NCBI RefSeq assembly: GCF_006345805.1
Contig: NC_042998.1
Location: forward strand, 113,212,001 to 113,276,000
Reading direction: 5' to 3'
DNA from: Octopus sinensis
Lineage: Eukaryota
DNA length: 64,000 nucleotides
Positions within the stretch are counted from its first letter, which is position 1; each line of letters opens with the position of its first letter. Positions 36,401 to 50,085 of the stretch are shown here, piece after piece. Position numbers and translations under genes: made by a program. The notes under the pieces were generated by a model. The model searched no databases and was not told the DNA's origin. It saw nothing but the letters and a program-made list of their open reading frames with translations.

Positions 36401-39400
36401 ATCTAGCAGGGCACCCACCCCCAGTTCCACATCAAGCAAAACACCTACCCCCAGTTCCACATCTAACAAAACACCCACTCCCAGTTCCACATCTGCCAAG
36501 ACACCAGTCCCCAGTTCTACATCTACCAAGATGCCAGCCCCTAGTTCCACATCTACCATCAAGACACCAGCACTCAGATCTACAGCTACTCCCAAGACAC
36601 CAACTCCCAGTTCTACAGCAACTTCCAAGGCACCAACTCCCAGTTCTACAACTACTCCCAAGGCACCAGCCCCCAGTTCTGCCACTTCTCTCAAGACACC
36701 AGCCCCTAGTTCTACCACTACTCCCAAGGCACCCACCCCTAGTTCTACAACTACTCCCAAGGCACCAGCCCCCAGTTCTACAACTGCTCCCAAGGCACCA
36801 ACCCCCAGTTCTTCAACTACTCCCAAGGCACCAACTCCCAGTTCTACAACTGCTCCCAAGGCACCTGCCCCCAGTTCTACAACTGCTCCCAAGGCACCTG
36901 CCCCCAGTTCTACAACTACTCCCAAGGCACCAGCCCCCAGTTCTACAACTGCTCCCAAAGCACCAGCACCCAGTTCTACAGCTACTCCCAAGGCACCAGC
37001 CCCCAGTTCTACATCTAGCACCAAAACACCAGCCCCCAATTCTGCAACTACCAAGACATCAGCCCCCAGTTCCACATCTAACATGAAAATATCAGCCCCA
37101 AATTCTACATCTACTCCCAAGGCACCAACACCCAGTTCTATTACAACTACTACTACCACTATTTCTACCAAAACACCAACTCCCAGTTCAACATCTTCCC
37201 CCAAAACACCAACACCCAGTTCTGCAACCACTCCCAAAGTTCCAGCACGTAGTTCTACTACTACTACTTCTAGCAAAACACCAACCCCCAGTTCTACATC
37301 TAGTACAAAAACATCAGTAAGTATTACAACAACCCCCAAGACACCACCACCCACTTCTACAGCAACATCCAAGATAGCTACAGTCACCTCTACAACAACT
37401 TCTAAAGCTTTATCACTTAGTTGTACCTCTTCTCCTGCAGTACCCAGTTCTACTTCAACCTCCAACACACTTATATCCAAATCTGCCCTCAAATCTACTG
37501 TGGTCCTTTCCAATACTACATCCAAATCTCTGGCACCCAGCTCTGCTTCTCCTTCCTCTACCACTATTACTGTTGCATCCAAGACAACAGTGCCTACTTC
37601 TACCACTGCATCTAAGCCAACAGTTTCTACTTCTACCACAACTCCTAAGACTACAGTTCCCACTTCTACCACTACTTCTAAGATCACAACTCCTATTTCT
37701 ACCACCACTACTACTAAAACTACAACTCCTACCACTACTTCTAAGACTACAGCTTCTACCTCTATCACTACTTCTACCATTGCTTCTCCTTCCTCTACTA
37801 TTGCATCGAAAACAACAGTGCCTACTTCTAACACTATTACTAAGACTATAGCTCCTACCTCTACCACTACTTCTAAGGCTATAGCTCCTATTTCTACTAT
37901 TGCTTCCAAGACTACAGCTACTACCACCACTGCTAAGACAACACCTCCTACTTCTACCATCACTGCCAAGACAACAGCTCTTACTTCTACCACTGCTTCT
38001 AAGACAACACCTACTACTTCTATCGCTGCTTCTAAGACAACAGCTCCTACTTCTACCACTACTTCTAAGACAACACCTCCTACTTCTACCACTGCTTCTA
38101 AGACAACACCTCCTACTTCTACCACTGCTTCTAAGACAACACCTCCTACTTCTACCACTGCTTCTAAGACAACACCCCCGACTTCTACCTCTGCTTCTAA
38201 GACAACACCCCCTACTTCTAGCACTGCTTCTAAGACAACAACTCGTACTTCTACCATTGTTTCTAAGACACCAGCCCCTACTTCTACCACTGCTTCTAAG
38301 ACAACTTCTAAGACAACAGCTCCTACTTCTACCGCTGCTTCTAAGACAACACCTACTTCTACCACTGCTTCTAAGACAACACCTACTTCTACCACTACTT
38401 CTAAGACAACAGCCCCTATTTCTAACACTGCATCTAGAACAACACCCCCTACTTCTACTTCTACCACTGCTTCTAAGACAACAGCTCCTACTTCTAACAC
38501 TGCATCTAAAACAACACCCCCTACTTCTACTTCTAAGACTACAGCTTCTTCCTCTAGCACTGCAGCCAAGACTACCACTGCTCCTAATTGTAGTACTGTA
38601 CCAAAGACCTCAACATCCAGTTCTACCATTATCACTAAGACTTCAACACCTTCCTCTATCTCTAATCTTAAATCTCCAATGCCTAAAGTTGTTTTAACTG
38701 GTTCCAAATCAGCAATGCCTAGCATCATTTCTGATCCCAAAACAGCAGTTTCCAGTTCTAAATTTGATGTGAAAAGTTCAATGTTGAGCTCTACATCTGG
38801 CAGTGAAGCAGCAACACTGAGCAGCATAAGCAGTGACAAGACACTTGAGCCTAGTGTGACATCTGGTATCAAAAGAAAAGCTCCCAGCTCCATTTCTAAT
38901 GTCAAGAGACCAGCACTTAGCTCTTCTAGTGTTGAAAAGAAACCTGCGTCTAGCTCTACTTCTAAGATAGCTTCCAATTTTATCAAAGATTCTGAGACAT
39001 CTCTCAAATCAGCTCCTGAGGTTACCCTAATTTCTGGTTCAAAATCTTCACCAGTTACCCCTACCTCTAGTCTGAATACTCTAGCTACCAATTCTACTAA
39101 TGGCATTAAAATTCTACCTCGTAGTTCTGCTACTGGTGCTCCAGCTTCTAGTTCTGCTATTGATGCCCCAGCTTCCAGTTCTGCTACAGCTAGTGACACC
39201 CCAGTTTCTAGTTCTGCTACTGGTTTTGACACTCCTTCTCTTAGTTCTACAGTCAGTGTTGATACTACAGATGCAAATTCTACTTTGAGAAATAGCTTCC
39301 CACCTGGTGAAAAAAGTTCTCGTGTCTCTTCTCTGAACAAAAGTTCATCTTCATGTAATTCTGGGCCAAGTTCCTCTTCAATTCCCCCATCGGTTTCTGT

Positions 39401-41217
39401 TAGCATTTTTGATACCAAAATGCCTCACTCTTCTGATTCATTAACTCCCATAACAAGCTCCTCCTCTAGTATCAACACCACACTTTCATCAGTAGATATA
39501 ATATCATCACCAAACTCTGTCTCTACAGAACTTGCATCATCCACCAGTTCAAAAATGTCTGCTGTTGTTGTCTCCTGTCAGAATACTTCATCCTCCTCTT
39601 CAAATGTAAATTCTGAAATCTCTGACCCTAAATCTCCCTCTTCTACATTCTCTTCTAACTCCATATCCCCAACTCCTATTTCATCGTCTGTTCAGTCATC
39701 TTCAGAATTAGCTTCCTCATCAAATCAAGTTGTAATTGAGTCTGATTCACCTTCTCAATCTAAATCAGGTAATCACTCCTCCAAATGCACATCTAGCTTA
39801 CCTTCCATTAAGTCCCCAAGTAGGATGTCTCCTGTAGAAAGTAAGTCATTAACTTCATCTGCTCCTTCCTCTAGTGTTTCAACATCATCAGATTCTGTTA
39901 CTTCATCTCATTGTGCCAAAGATTTAGTTCTTTCGTCTGAAGTTAAATCAGCCCCATCACCAAATAACCTAACTTTAATGTCATCAACTTCTGTCACTAC
40001 CAACGAACCAACCCCATCCTCTGTTCTTTCCAAAGAGTTTGTTCCATCTTCATCTGTTTCATCCGAGACAGCCCCATCTTCATCTGCTTATTCTAAGAAG
40101 CCAAAAGCCACTCCAGTAGCAAGCTCTAAGACATCAGTTTCATCTTCTACTAAAAGAATACTACCATCATCTTCTAATAATATAACACAAACTCCCAGTT
40201 GTAGTCCTGTTGAGTCTTCAGACTCACTCCACTCTGCTAGTAAACCATCAAGGTCTTTGTCATCATCATTTGACGCCAAATCCCCTGTGCTTTCTTCTTT
40301 GTCTAGTGTCAAGTTGCCTGAGCCTTCATCATCATCATCATCATCATCTGGTGCTAAACCACCAGGTCCATCATCATCATCATCATCTGACACTGATTTG
40401 CTAGGACTCTCATCATCATCTGACAGCAAGCTTCCAACACTGTCATCATCTAATGACATTGTACCAACAACAGTATCCCAATCAATTGAATGTAAACTTG
40501 ATTCACCATCAGTGACACCGATATCTTCTACTTTCCCTCCATCTCCAATGCCTTGTTCATCTACAAATCACAGATCTCCTCCACACAGTCAAAAATTGCC
40601 ATCTCCTTCATCATCAACTGACTTTTCAGATTCTAATGTAATTACCCCATCATCTAATAAATCTGATTTGCCAATTGTGGCATCATCAGCTTCTTCTGAA
40701 TCAGTGCCCCTATCAGCATCAATTGATGAAGACTTGATGATGTCTTCAGAACTGTCATCTAATTTAGTTGAATCAACTAGTAATCAGAACACTTCTTCAC
40801 ATCCTTTTGAACCCATTCACACTACATCTTCCTCTTCTTTAACAGAAGATGCCCATTTACATTCTTCATCTACTGCATCATGTTCTTCTCTAGAACTTCC
40901 TGAGCAGTCATCAGCAACTCCTATTTCATCATCTGTGCAAGACCCTATCAAGGTGCCTGTGTCAGCCTCCTCCTCTTCCTCATCATCATCGCCATCATGT
41001 ATGGAACCATTATCTTCGGAAGTATCCAACTCTCAGTCATCAGCCCCAGTTTCCTGTATCAAAGAGTCACAAAAATTAATTAACAGTGCTGCTGACTCTC
41101 TGTCTCCTACTTTAAACACTGCTTCTCCTTCCAACATGGTACAACAGACATCTGTTGCTTCAACTCCTTGCCTGTCTAGCAAATTGCCTTTTAAGTTAAT
41201 ATCTTCTTCATCAGCTG

Positions 41218-41252
<35 letters not shown>

Positions 41253-43988
41253 GAAACATCAGATTTAGTCATTTCTGTAAACAGTAGTTCTAACATTCCA
41301 GTTTCACACAAAGTTTGCAACTCTCCTAATGTGGATACAGGCCTTAAACCCTCCCTTTGTGAAGATGAACAAAATGCTTTGGAAAGTTTAGTGAACAGTA
41401 AAACTGAAAGTGATTTGACTAAGGAAATGACAGAAAATTTAGAACCTGAAAACACCAGTACTAGTCAGAAATCAGAAGAGGATGCACAACCACCTGGTAC
41501 ATCTGTTGATATTGATCCAAATAAATATTTGGAACAAATATCAGAAAATTCTGTTGAGGAGAAACCTAGTGAAAATAATACTGAAATCAAAACAACTTCT
41601 GTGAGTTCTGATACTCTTGGAGCTGAACAATTGATTTCCAAGACCAAAAGTGATGTGAATGAAGGCCAACCAGTTAGTTGCAGTGATGTTGCTAGCCAGC
41701 CATCAGATTTTAAATGTGAGTTGGCTAATTCTTCTGACACTGAAGTTAGCAGGTTATTATGTGATGGTAAAAAACCTGTTGGTGATGTGACAGGTGCTCC
41801 TCAGAAGTCTTGTGACATTAAATGCGACTTGTCTGTAACAGATGACATTAAAACTAATGAGAATTTCAATTCACAGACTCTGATTGCAGACACTGATCAA
41901 TCAGTAATGGAATCTGATATAAAAGAGGATAAAAATTTGGAAAGTGGAGAGAAAGAACGTGCCTCATCAGAGTCTCAAACTGAAATAAAAACTGAAAAAT
42001 CTACTTCTATTAAGACTTACAGTTCATCTAAGGTTGATATTAAGACAGATTCAAAAGTGAAGTGCGAGGTAGAGGAGAAAAGTGAGGTTGGAATTTCCTA
42101 CAATAGTCAGTCCAAATCAACTATTAAGGATGACAGTTCTGACATTTGCAAGAATGAGAAACAAGAGCAAGTAACCTGTGAGGAAGATGACTTGCAAAGT
42201 TTTAATAAAAGCAGTAAATGTGAAGAGCTAGCATTACAACTGCAGGAAAATAGTTGCCATTCAGAAGAATCGACAGACTCTGGCAGTCGAAGGCTACGTG
42301 GAAGACCCCGAAAGACCAGTGCAGAGACTGTCTCTGCTGAGCAAATGAAAACCCAACTATTGAACCCTGGAAATATTATAAACTTACGCCTTCGCCGAGA
42401 CCGTCCATCCTTAAAGAATGGGAAATGTAAATACTGTTGCTGCAAAAAACGCTGTCAGGCCAGCTGTGTTCAGAACAAGTGTATGGGTTGTATTTTAGAT
42501 GGCAATTCAATATGTCGTTGTAGTTTAAAAGAAAGCTTGATGAAAAATATTCAAAGTATAGCTTTGTCTGTTAATACAATGTGCATGAATTGTCATGGAA
42601 AGAACAAAAGATCTGTTCGGGCTTGCAAGCGGAAACGCTCACCAAGTCCACAACCAAACAAACGACGTGGTGTTCTGCAAAGTCAAGTAAAACCCTCCAC
42701 TACAACAAATCAAAAATCATCCAAAAATTCCTCAAAAGTATCTAGAACAAACTTTAAAACCAAACTGACTACAACTCCTCACAAAACAATTGCCAAATCA
42801 CCCCACAAAAAATCCCTAACAAAAACCCCTTCTAAAAAAGTAATTGAAGTTGAATTGAAAAAAATCTCTCGAGAACCTTCTAAGCAAAAAGAACCCAGAT
42901 GTAAATTAAAGAAAAAGCTCAGTGTCAATCTTTTGAAAGAAAACCCTGTTGTCTCTCTGAAGCAAATGAGCTCATTAGAGTCTCTGTCAGCTAGCCAGAC
43001 AAGTAAAAAGGAGGATAGCACAAAGCATGTATCAACAAGGCGTTCACTGAGGAGTAGAAAGTCTCTTGATGAAAGTACACCAGTATTGCAACAGATGCGC
43101 CGATCAAAGTCGGAACAAAAGCTTGATTCGAATAATGACAGTGCATCAAAATACCAAATTGATTTGGCTCTTACAGACAATATGAATGATACAAAGATCA
43201 GTTCTAAACTTTCACAAGACCATCTCAGGACAAATAGCAAAAGCAATGCAGCTCAGCCATGCTGCAGTACAGCAGATGATTGTTGTAGTACATGTGCTGA
43301 CAACTTTAATAAAAAATTTGTAGATAATCGTGCTCTAAAAGAACTGCGGCAGCGTGTTAAACTTGGACCTTTTAAATGGGACTTGGAAGAATCAGATACT
43401 GGTGGACGAGCTCACACGAATGACGAATCTAATAAATCTAATAATGCAAATACTGTGTCAACTTGCAACACCAGTGTATCTAATACAAGCAGTAGTAGTA
43501 GCTCTTCTAAGGTATCAGAAAATACCTTACAAGTATCCCAGTTAACTCCCTCCTCTTCTGCATCATCATCAAGTAGTATGGATGATGAACTTGTGAAAAC
43601 ATCCATGACCCCACCAATCAGGACTTACTCTAGAACCCAGTCCCCAACTTCTCGGATCCGTGTTGGCCGAACATACAGTAAAGCATCTGACTATCAGGCC
43701 CTCCCCCCTGGGGTAATACCCATTGTAGACTGTCTGCGAGCATCATCACGCAGTTCAGCCAGTCACCTGTGTGACATGCCCCGTGTACATGTAGTACGAG
43801 TAGATAAAAAGGGCAACATGTTTGAAACTCGAGAACCTTACCCTCTGCCCAGAACACCTGTGGACACTGACATAAGTCGTAGTGTACTTGATGAGGAAAA
43901 AGTTTCTGGCCAAAGGTGGAAACTGCAAAGAACTAAAATGAAAACAGATGGCTATCCATTTAGTTTTAAGAAAACACGAATTCAATAA
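30496..43988 (+). CDS. ZNF292-like: ZNF292-family terminal exon 8: 13,493-nt coding exon, Ser/Thr/Pro-rich mucin-like tail, AT-hook, Cys cluster
   Basis: ctctacttccag|AT acceptor completes G|AT (Asp) with the phase-1 donor at 25888; uninterrupted frame to TAA 43986-43988 (ORF track 30411-43988). Confidence 0.85.
33400..38600 (+). repeat. Coding minisatellite arrays with 30-nt and 33-nt units
   Basis: About 13 x 30-nt (TKTPAPSSTS) at ~36165-36555; 33-nt TTPKAPAPSST at ~36580-37020; 33-nt TASKTTPPTST at ~37900-38540; TTDxPKTPAST at ~34350-34700. Confidence 0.9.
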
Positions 43989-44155
43989 CTACAGTGCATT
44001 GATTAGGATATTCTTTAATTAACTACTTATTGTGATTTTACTATTTGTTTTTGTTTTTCTTTATATTCCCTTTTTTTTTTCTGTTACCCCTTTCATTTTA
44101 CTTCAATTAAATATTTATATGGAAGAATTCACTTGCTGAAACGTTTTTAAAAAAA

Positions 44156-44161
44156 AATAAA
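44156..44161 (+). terminator. Candidate polyadenylation signal of the ZNF292-family gene
   Basis: First AATAAA, ~170 nt after the stop; another lies at ~44401. Confidence 0.4.
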
Positions 44162-45243
44162 TAAGTTTTGAAATCTTGTTAAATTACTAAATTGCTTTTG
44201 ATAGTTTAATTTGATGAGAGAAACTATCTGGGGATAATAGTCAGGCCATCTTTAATTTATTGTCAGTAAAGTTTGACTACCTTCTTTACTTGAAATACAC
44301 TAATGATTGCCAACCACTCAGCTTTCTTCTTACTATTATTATTATTATCATTATTATTATTATTATATTTTTAAAGATGTATTTATCCCCCATTGCCTTT
44401 CAATAAATTATTCTGATTTTTGAGTGGGGAGTTTTTTGTTAGTCTAGAACAAGCATTTTAGTTGACAAGCAATAGACAAAATATCACCTCACCCTTGTGT
44501 AAATAAATGGAAAAAAAAATTGTAAACACTTGTCTGTTGACAGAAGTATCAGCTGCAAGTAATTTTGTCTGAAAAGGCAGATAAAGATATGTCTTTGTAT
44601 ATAGTTTTTTTTTTCTTTTCTTTTTTTTTTCTGGAACATAATCTGAACTTTGCTGCTGGTCCCACTGAGTTAATCTGTATGATAAATTGTATTGTGTATG
44701 TAAATATAACACTCACCCTCTTGCTTTTTCTGTGGGCTAAAAAATTTTGTTTCCTTTGTTGCCCTCTCATTTGTATAAGAAAGTCGTCTATTCCTAGATC
44801 ACCTTCTCCAACATTTCATACAAATAATGATCATGCGTCAAATTTAATTTTAATAATTATGATTGGAGTTTCAAAATTCATCCAAATAATGCTAGCATGG
44901 GTAGCTGGCTGTAAAGTTATTTATGATTTTAATAGTTCCAATAATATAATTAATATAAATAATAATAATAATAGTGATGTGGACAGCAGAATTGGTAGTA
45001 TCTGATAAAATATCTTGCATTTTGTCATGTTCTGACTTCAAATCTTCCTCACATCAACTTTGTTGTTTATCTTTTGTCTAAGGTCAATTAAATAAGTATT
45101 GATTTATAAATAATGGTGTTGATGTAATTCTGCTAAGCATGGCCACACACACACACACACACTCGTATTCCATTGAGTGAAACTAGTATAATAATGATAA
45201 TGTTTCTGGCAGACAAACAGGGCCTGAGATTTATGGATGGAAA

Positions 45244-45469
45244 TTAACTCTTTAGCATTCAGATTACTTTGTGAAATGTAATGCTTATTTATTGACATTA
45301 TTTTGAGTCAACCATGCATTATCTCATAGCTTTGAGATTTTGATGATGATTGGTTATTTTTAAAATGACATTGTAGGGTAGGTGTGAGAAGGCAGCTCTG
45401 GCTGATTTGAGGATAAAGCAGGTAGAATATTAGGATCGGATATGGCTGGTTTAAATGCTAAAGGGTTAA
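45244..45469. mobile_element. TTAA-flanked MITE (piggyBac-like ends)
   Basis: ttaa-ctctttagcatt ... aatgctaaaggg-ttaa; related copies at 50821-51030 and 57033-57260. Confidence 0.75.
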
Positions 45470-46293
45470 CCAGTAACATCAACCTCAGTGCTTTGCTGGT
45501 ACTCCATTTTATATTAATAATAATTGCATCTAATTTAAGCACAAGGTCATTGATTTTGAAGGGAAAAAGTTAGTCAACACCATATGTAACTGGTACTTTA
45601 TTTTATTAACTCCTGAGGAATGAAAGGCAAAACTGACCTCAGTGAGATATGAACTCAAAATGTAAAGAGTTGGAATGAATACCATATGGCTTTTCTCCCA
45701 CACTCTAACAAGTCTACTAGCTCATCACCCTCATAATTATAATAATATTGATTACATACAGAGAAACAGTTCCTCAGATGAAAACCTCAGATTGCAATGT
45801 GTTTATAATTGAAATGAAGCAATAGCATATAACACGAACCAGCCTCTAATATAGTCACTCAAACTGTTAGAAAGAACAGCTAAATTTCTCTTGAATTACA
45901 CTCTACCATTTAAAATAGAAAATATATGCTGAATGTTGTTGTCCTAAGATGTATGCCTGGGGGTGGGGAACCAAGACAAGATGAGTATGGCTAGAATGTG
46001 TTTGGATAAGGTTGAACTGTAGTAGTTGAAACCAACTTGTAGACTCACAAGGAACTTAACTTCTGACAACCCTTGCCATATCGATAATACTGATCATGTT
46101 TAACAATGAATGAAAGTTAACAAAAGGCTCTATGTAACACTAAGGTCATAATGTTCATGTTACTAGGAATTAATATATTTGTTTATATATATATATATAG
46201 ATAGATAGATACTTGTTTATTTATCATTGATGAACTCGAGCAGCTAATATGTATGAAATTCAGCTCTTTTTAAATGCCTTGTTTTGCAGCGTT

Positions 46294-46415
<122 letters not shown>

Positions 46416-46807
46416 CATGTGTTGAGAGAGAGATTGAAAGTTCACAAGTAGCTTCATATTCTCAGTGAAACTATTAATTGCTTCAAAATAACTATAAACT
46501 CTTGTGTTGAGTATGTGTTGAAATTTGTAAACATAAGCATTTATCTAATTACATATATTTATTTGTTCAGTGTCTATTTTAGCATGCTAGCATGGCCTAG
46601 ATGAGGAGAGGTATTTGAGGCAGGATCTTTACAACTGAAAGCTCTTTTTGGTACCAATCAATCCCTGTGTTGCTTGTAAGGGGATCCCCCCTCCCCCCAA
46701 ACAATTGAAAAGCACAGAGCATGCAGACAATCTGTTGACAAAATGTCGACAACCTCACTGTTTGCAGTTCATCTGCAAATGGGGACTTCACTGTTTATAA
46801 GTCACAC

Positions 46808-46997
46808 ATGTGTATATGTATGTGTATATATATATATTATGTATATTTATATATATATTATGTATATATATATATATATATATTATTTATATATATATAT
46901 ATTATTTATATATATATATATTATGTATATATATATATATATATTATTTATATATATATATATTATATATATTATATATATATAATTATATATATAA
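46808..46997. repeat. Interrupted (TA)n low-complexity array
   Basis: Seen directly; similar tracts at ~47755-47790 and ~48577-48725. Confidence 0.9.
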
Positions 46998-47750
46998 CAA
47001 GGCATTGGCCGTGTAGGCTTTAGTATAGATACTTTTTCCAAGATGCTACACTGGGGCTGAGCCCAAAGCTACATGGTTGAGACATGAACTTCTTAACTCC
47101 ACAGCCTTTAAGTGTAAAATCTCTAATTAGTTCTACTATAAATTTCTTCAATTAAGATCTCTTAGAAACAATGACATTGATTTTTTTTTTTTTTAAAGCT
47201 AACAGAAATAAAAGTTGTAAACTGTATTTTGGTTAAAATATTTGATGACTACCGTTAGTTGCAATAATATTTTATGATTATATTTGAAATGATTATTCTT
47301 ATTGGCAGAACTAATAGAAAGGCAGACAAAATACTTTCCAGTACTTACACCCCTTTCTCAGTTGGTTCATATCCCACTGCTGTGAACTTTACACTTTATC
47401 ACTCTGTGGCTGCTAAAATAAAGTGTTAGTCAAGTTTAAGGCTGATAATTTTGAAAGTATCTCTCCTTGCCTCTCAAAATATCTAGCCTTGTGCCTTGTA
47501 CCAACTTCACAATTTTCCATTGTCCCCTTTGTAGCTCTTAACATTTCATGCCTATAAAATATTTTTTCATCATTTGTAAGATCTTCTTAGCTATATGGCA
47601 TTTCTATAACAAAGTCATGACAGTCCAATAACTGGAGCCAATAAAAAAAATTGTATTTGTGTGTGTGTGTGTGTAAAATTAGTGTTTTAAATGCATAAAG
47701 TAAACATACATAAAAACCAACATAAATACAAGCATTAACTAAACAAAGAA

Positions 47751-47787
<37 letters not shown>

Positions 47788-48610
47788 TTATTTAGTCAAA
47801 TATTTATTATAAGATTGTTGGCAGTTATTTCAAAATAGATGTTAACTCTTATTATCATTATGTGTTTGTATATTCATGCATGTATGTTGATGGTGCCCCT
47901 CCATGGAAACAGCCCACAGGCTAAAACTAGTAAGAGAATATGTTTAGGATATAAAATATCCCTTCTGTAAGGCCTATTAGCAATGAGTATAAATTTTAAT
48001 TAAGAATATCAGTATATTAAGCATGCTTTCTGGCATTTTATGATGACAATGTGTTTGATTTGTGTGTGTGAAAACAGAAATCTCCAATTTTCTCACACTC
48101 ACCAACATGAGAGCCTTTATATGCCTGCAAGACTTGCTAGATACAGCAGCCATATCTTCCTTGAATCACACCCTACCATATGACATACAAACAGGATATA
48201 TTAGAAAATGTAATCCTAAAGTGATGGGATTGTCATGGCTGGAATGTCTGTGATCATTGATTGATCTGGAACTAAACAACAATGATATATATTTCTCTAA
48301 TATAATCCATAAAAAATAACTGGAAAAAAAATTCTATATCTCATCAAAATGTTCTTGATATATTCTAGCATCTAAGTGATTTTTTTTTAATAGCCAGCAG
48401 TAAAGGTCTTTTAGACTTCATGGCTAAGGCCATGATGTCTAAAAAAAAAATCAGAGATCATTCATTTGTATATTTTGTTTTAGCATTTAGTTGGTTTTAT
48501 TGAAAAAAAACACTTTTTCTTTTTGCATTATGAATGACAAAAACTGGATCTACACAAGTTATGTGAAGAAAAATGAGTGTGTATATGTATGTGTGTGTAT
48601 GTATGTATAT

Positions 48611-48667
<57 letters not shown>

Positions 48668-49745
48668 CATGCACACAGACACATTATATGCTCACACATG
48701 TATATATGTATATATATATATATATTTACACTCAGACAGTCGTATATATGAAAATTCTGTAAATTTTGTTTTTTTAAATTCCCTATCCCTGTTTCCCAGC
48801 AAATTGTATGTTCTAATCTGCCATGGTACTGTGTTAATATTTCACTCTGTACCACCTGTTTGAGACTGATTGAAAATAAAAATATTCATTTATCATAATA
48901 AACCTCTGAAATATATATACTTCATAGTTTGACTTTCATCACGCATTTTTTTTTCTCAAATTCACTTTCCTCTTTATAGATTTTCTAAATGAATGAATAA
49001 TTGTAAATCCTTGCACCCATTGCTATGCACAATAAGGCTTTCTAGTGGGATTAATTCTTTTGTGCCAAGACAGTTCTGACAGAAATTCTATAACGTAAAA
49101 TATTCTAATTATCGCCAACACATTTTCAGTATCTATATACTTCAGTTATTTTTTAAGATGCTCAAGTGTGAATTGAAAGTGATTTGGTTGCTATTCCTAC
49201 TTAAGTAAATATTCATATGGAAGCTTCCAAGTTGGCTTGTATTTTCTTTATGGTTTAATGATAAGAAGAAGGGCATTACCCTCAACTTTAGCTTCGTTTC
49301 TGAGAAAAGTGATAGGAAACCATGATTCATGACTTCAGGTAATAAGAATCAGTGAATCAAGATTTTAAGTCATCCTCTGACCTGAATGCTTGTAACAAAG
49401 TGGACATCACTAAAAGCATTCATGGGTCCACGTTGAGATCAGCTTCCTTAAATTCATTGCTATATAACCCTTTCTACAATAGGCACAAGGCCTGTGATTT
49501 TGGAGGAGTGGGTTAGTCAATTACATTGACCCCATTCTTTGACTGGTACTTATTTTGTCAAGGATGAAAGGCAAAGTTCACCTCAATGGAATTTGAACTC
49601 GGACCATAAAGACATGCTAACAATTCTGCCAGCTTGCCATCTGTATTGCTAATATAGTTAATACTTCTATCACTATATAATAGACTAGTTAGATAACTCT
49701 ACACACATTATGTAATAGAACACAGAATACTGTGTACATTTTATA

Positions 49746-50085
49746 GGTGCAGGCATGGCTGTGTGATAAGAAGCTGGCTTCCTGACTACATAATTCTGGA
49801 TTCAGTCCTACAGCATGGCACATTGGGCAAGTGTATTCTGATATAGCCTTGGGCCTCATGAATGGATTTGGAAGATGGAAACTGAAAAAAGCCTGTCATA
49901 TATATACCTACGTGTATGTCTGTTCCCTCACACACACTGTTTGACAACCAGTGCCGGTGTGTTTATGTCCCTGTAACTTGGTGGTTCAACAAAAGAGACT
50001 GATAGACTAAATACCAGGCTTTAAAAAAAAAGTACTGGAGTCTATAGATAATTTTTCAAAACAGTACTGCAGTCTAATCACTTGA
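49746..50085 (+). mobile_element. tRNA-derived SINE (family D)
   Basis: ggtgcaggcatggctgtgtgataagaagc...ggattcagtcctacagcatggcacattgggcaagtg...; reverse fragments at ~20950-21110, ~47020-47105 and ~62430-62600. Confidence 0.65.

Noticed and set aside
35747-39418. 1,223-aa antisense ORF and other Val/Glu/Gly/Leu-rich minus-strand ORFs across 31-43 kb
   Set aside because: These are shadows of the S/T/P/A codon bias and repeats of the plus-strand exon; they have no splice or domain evidence
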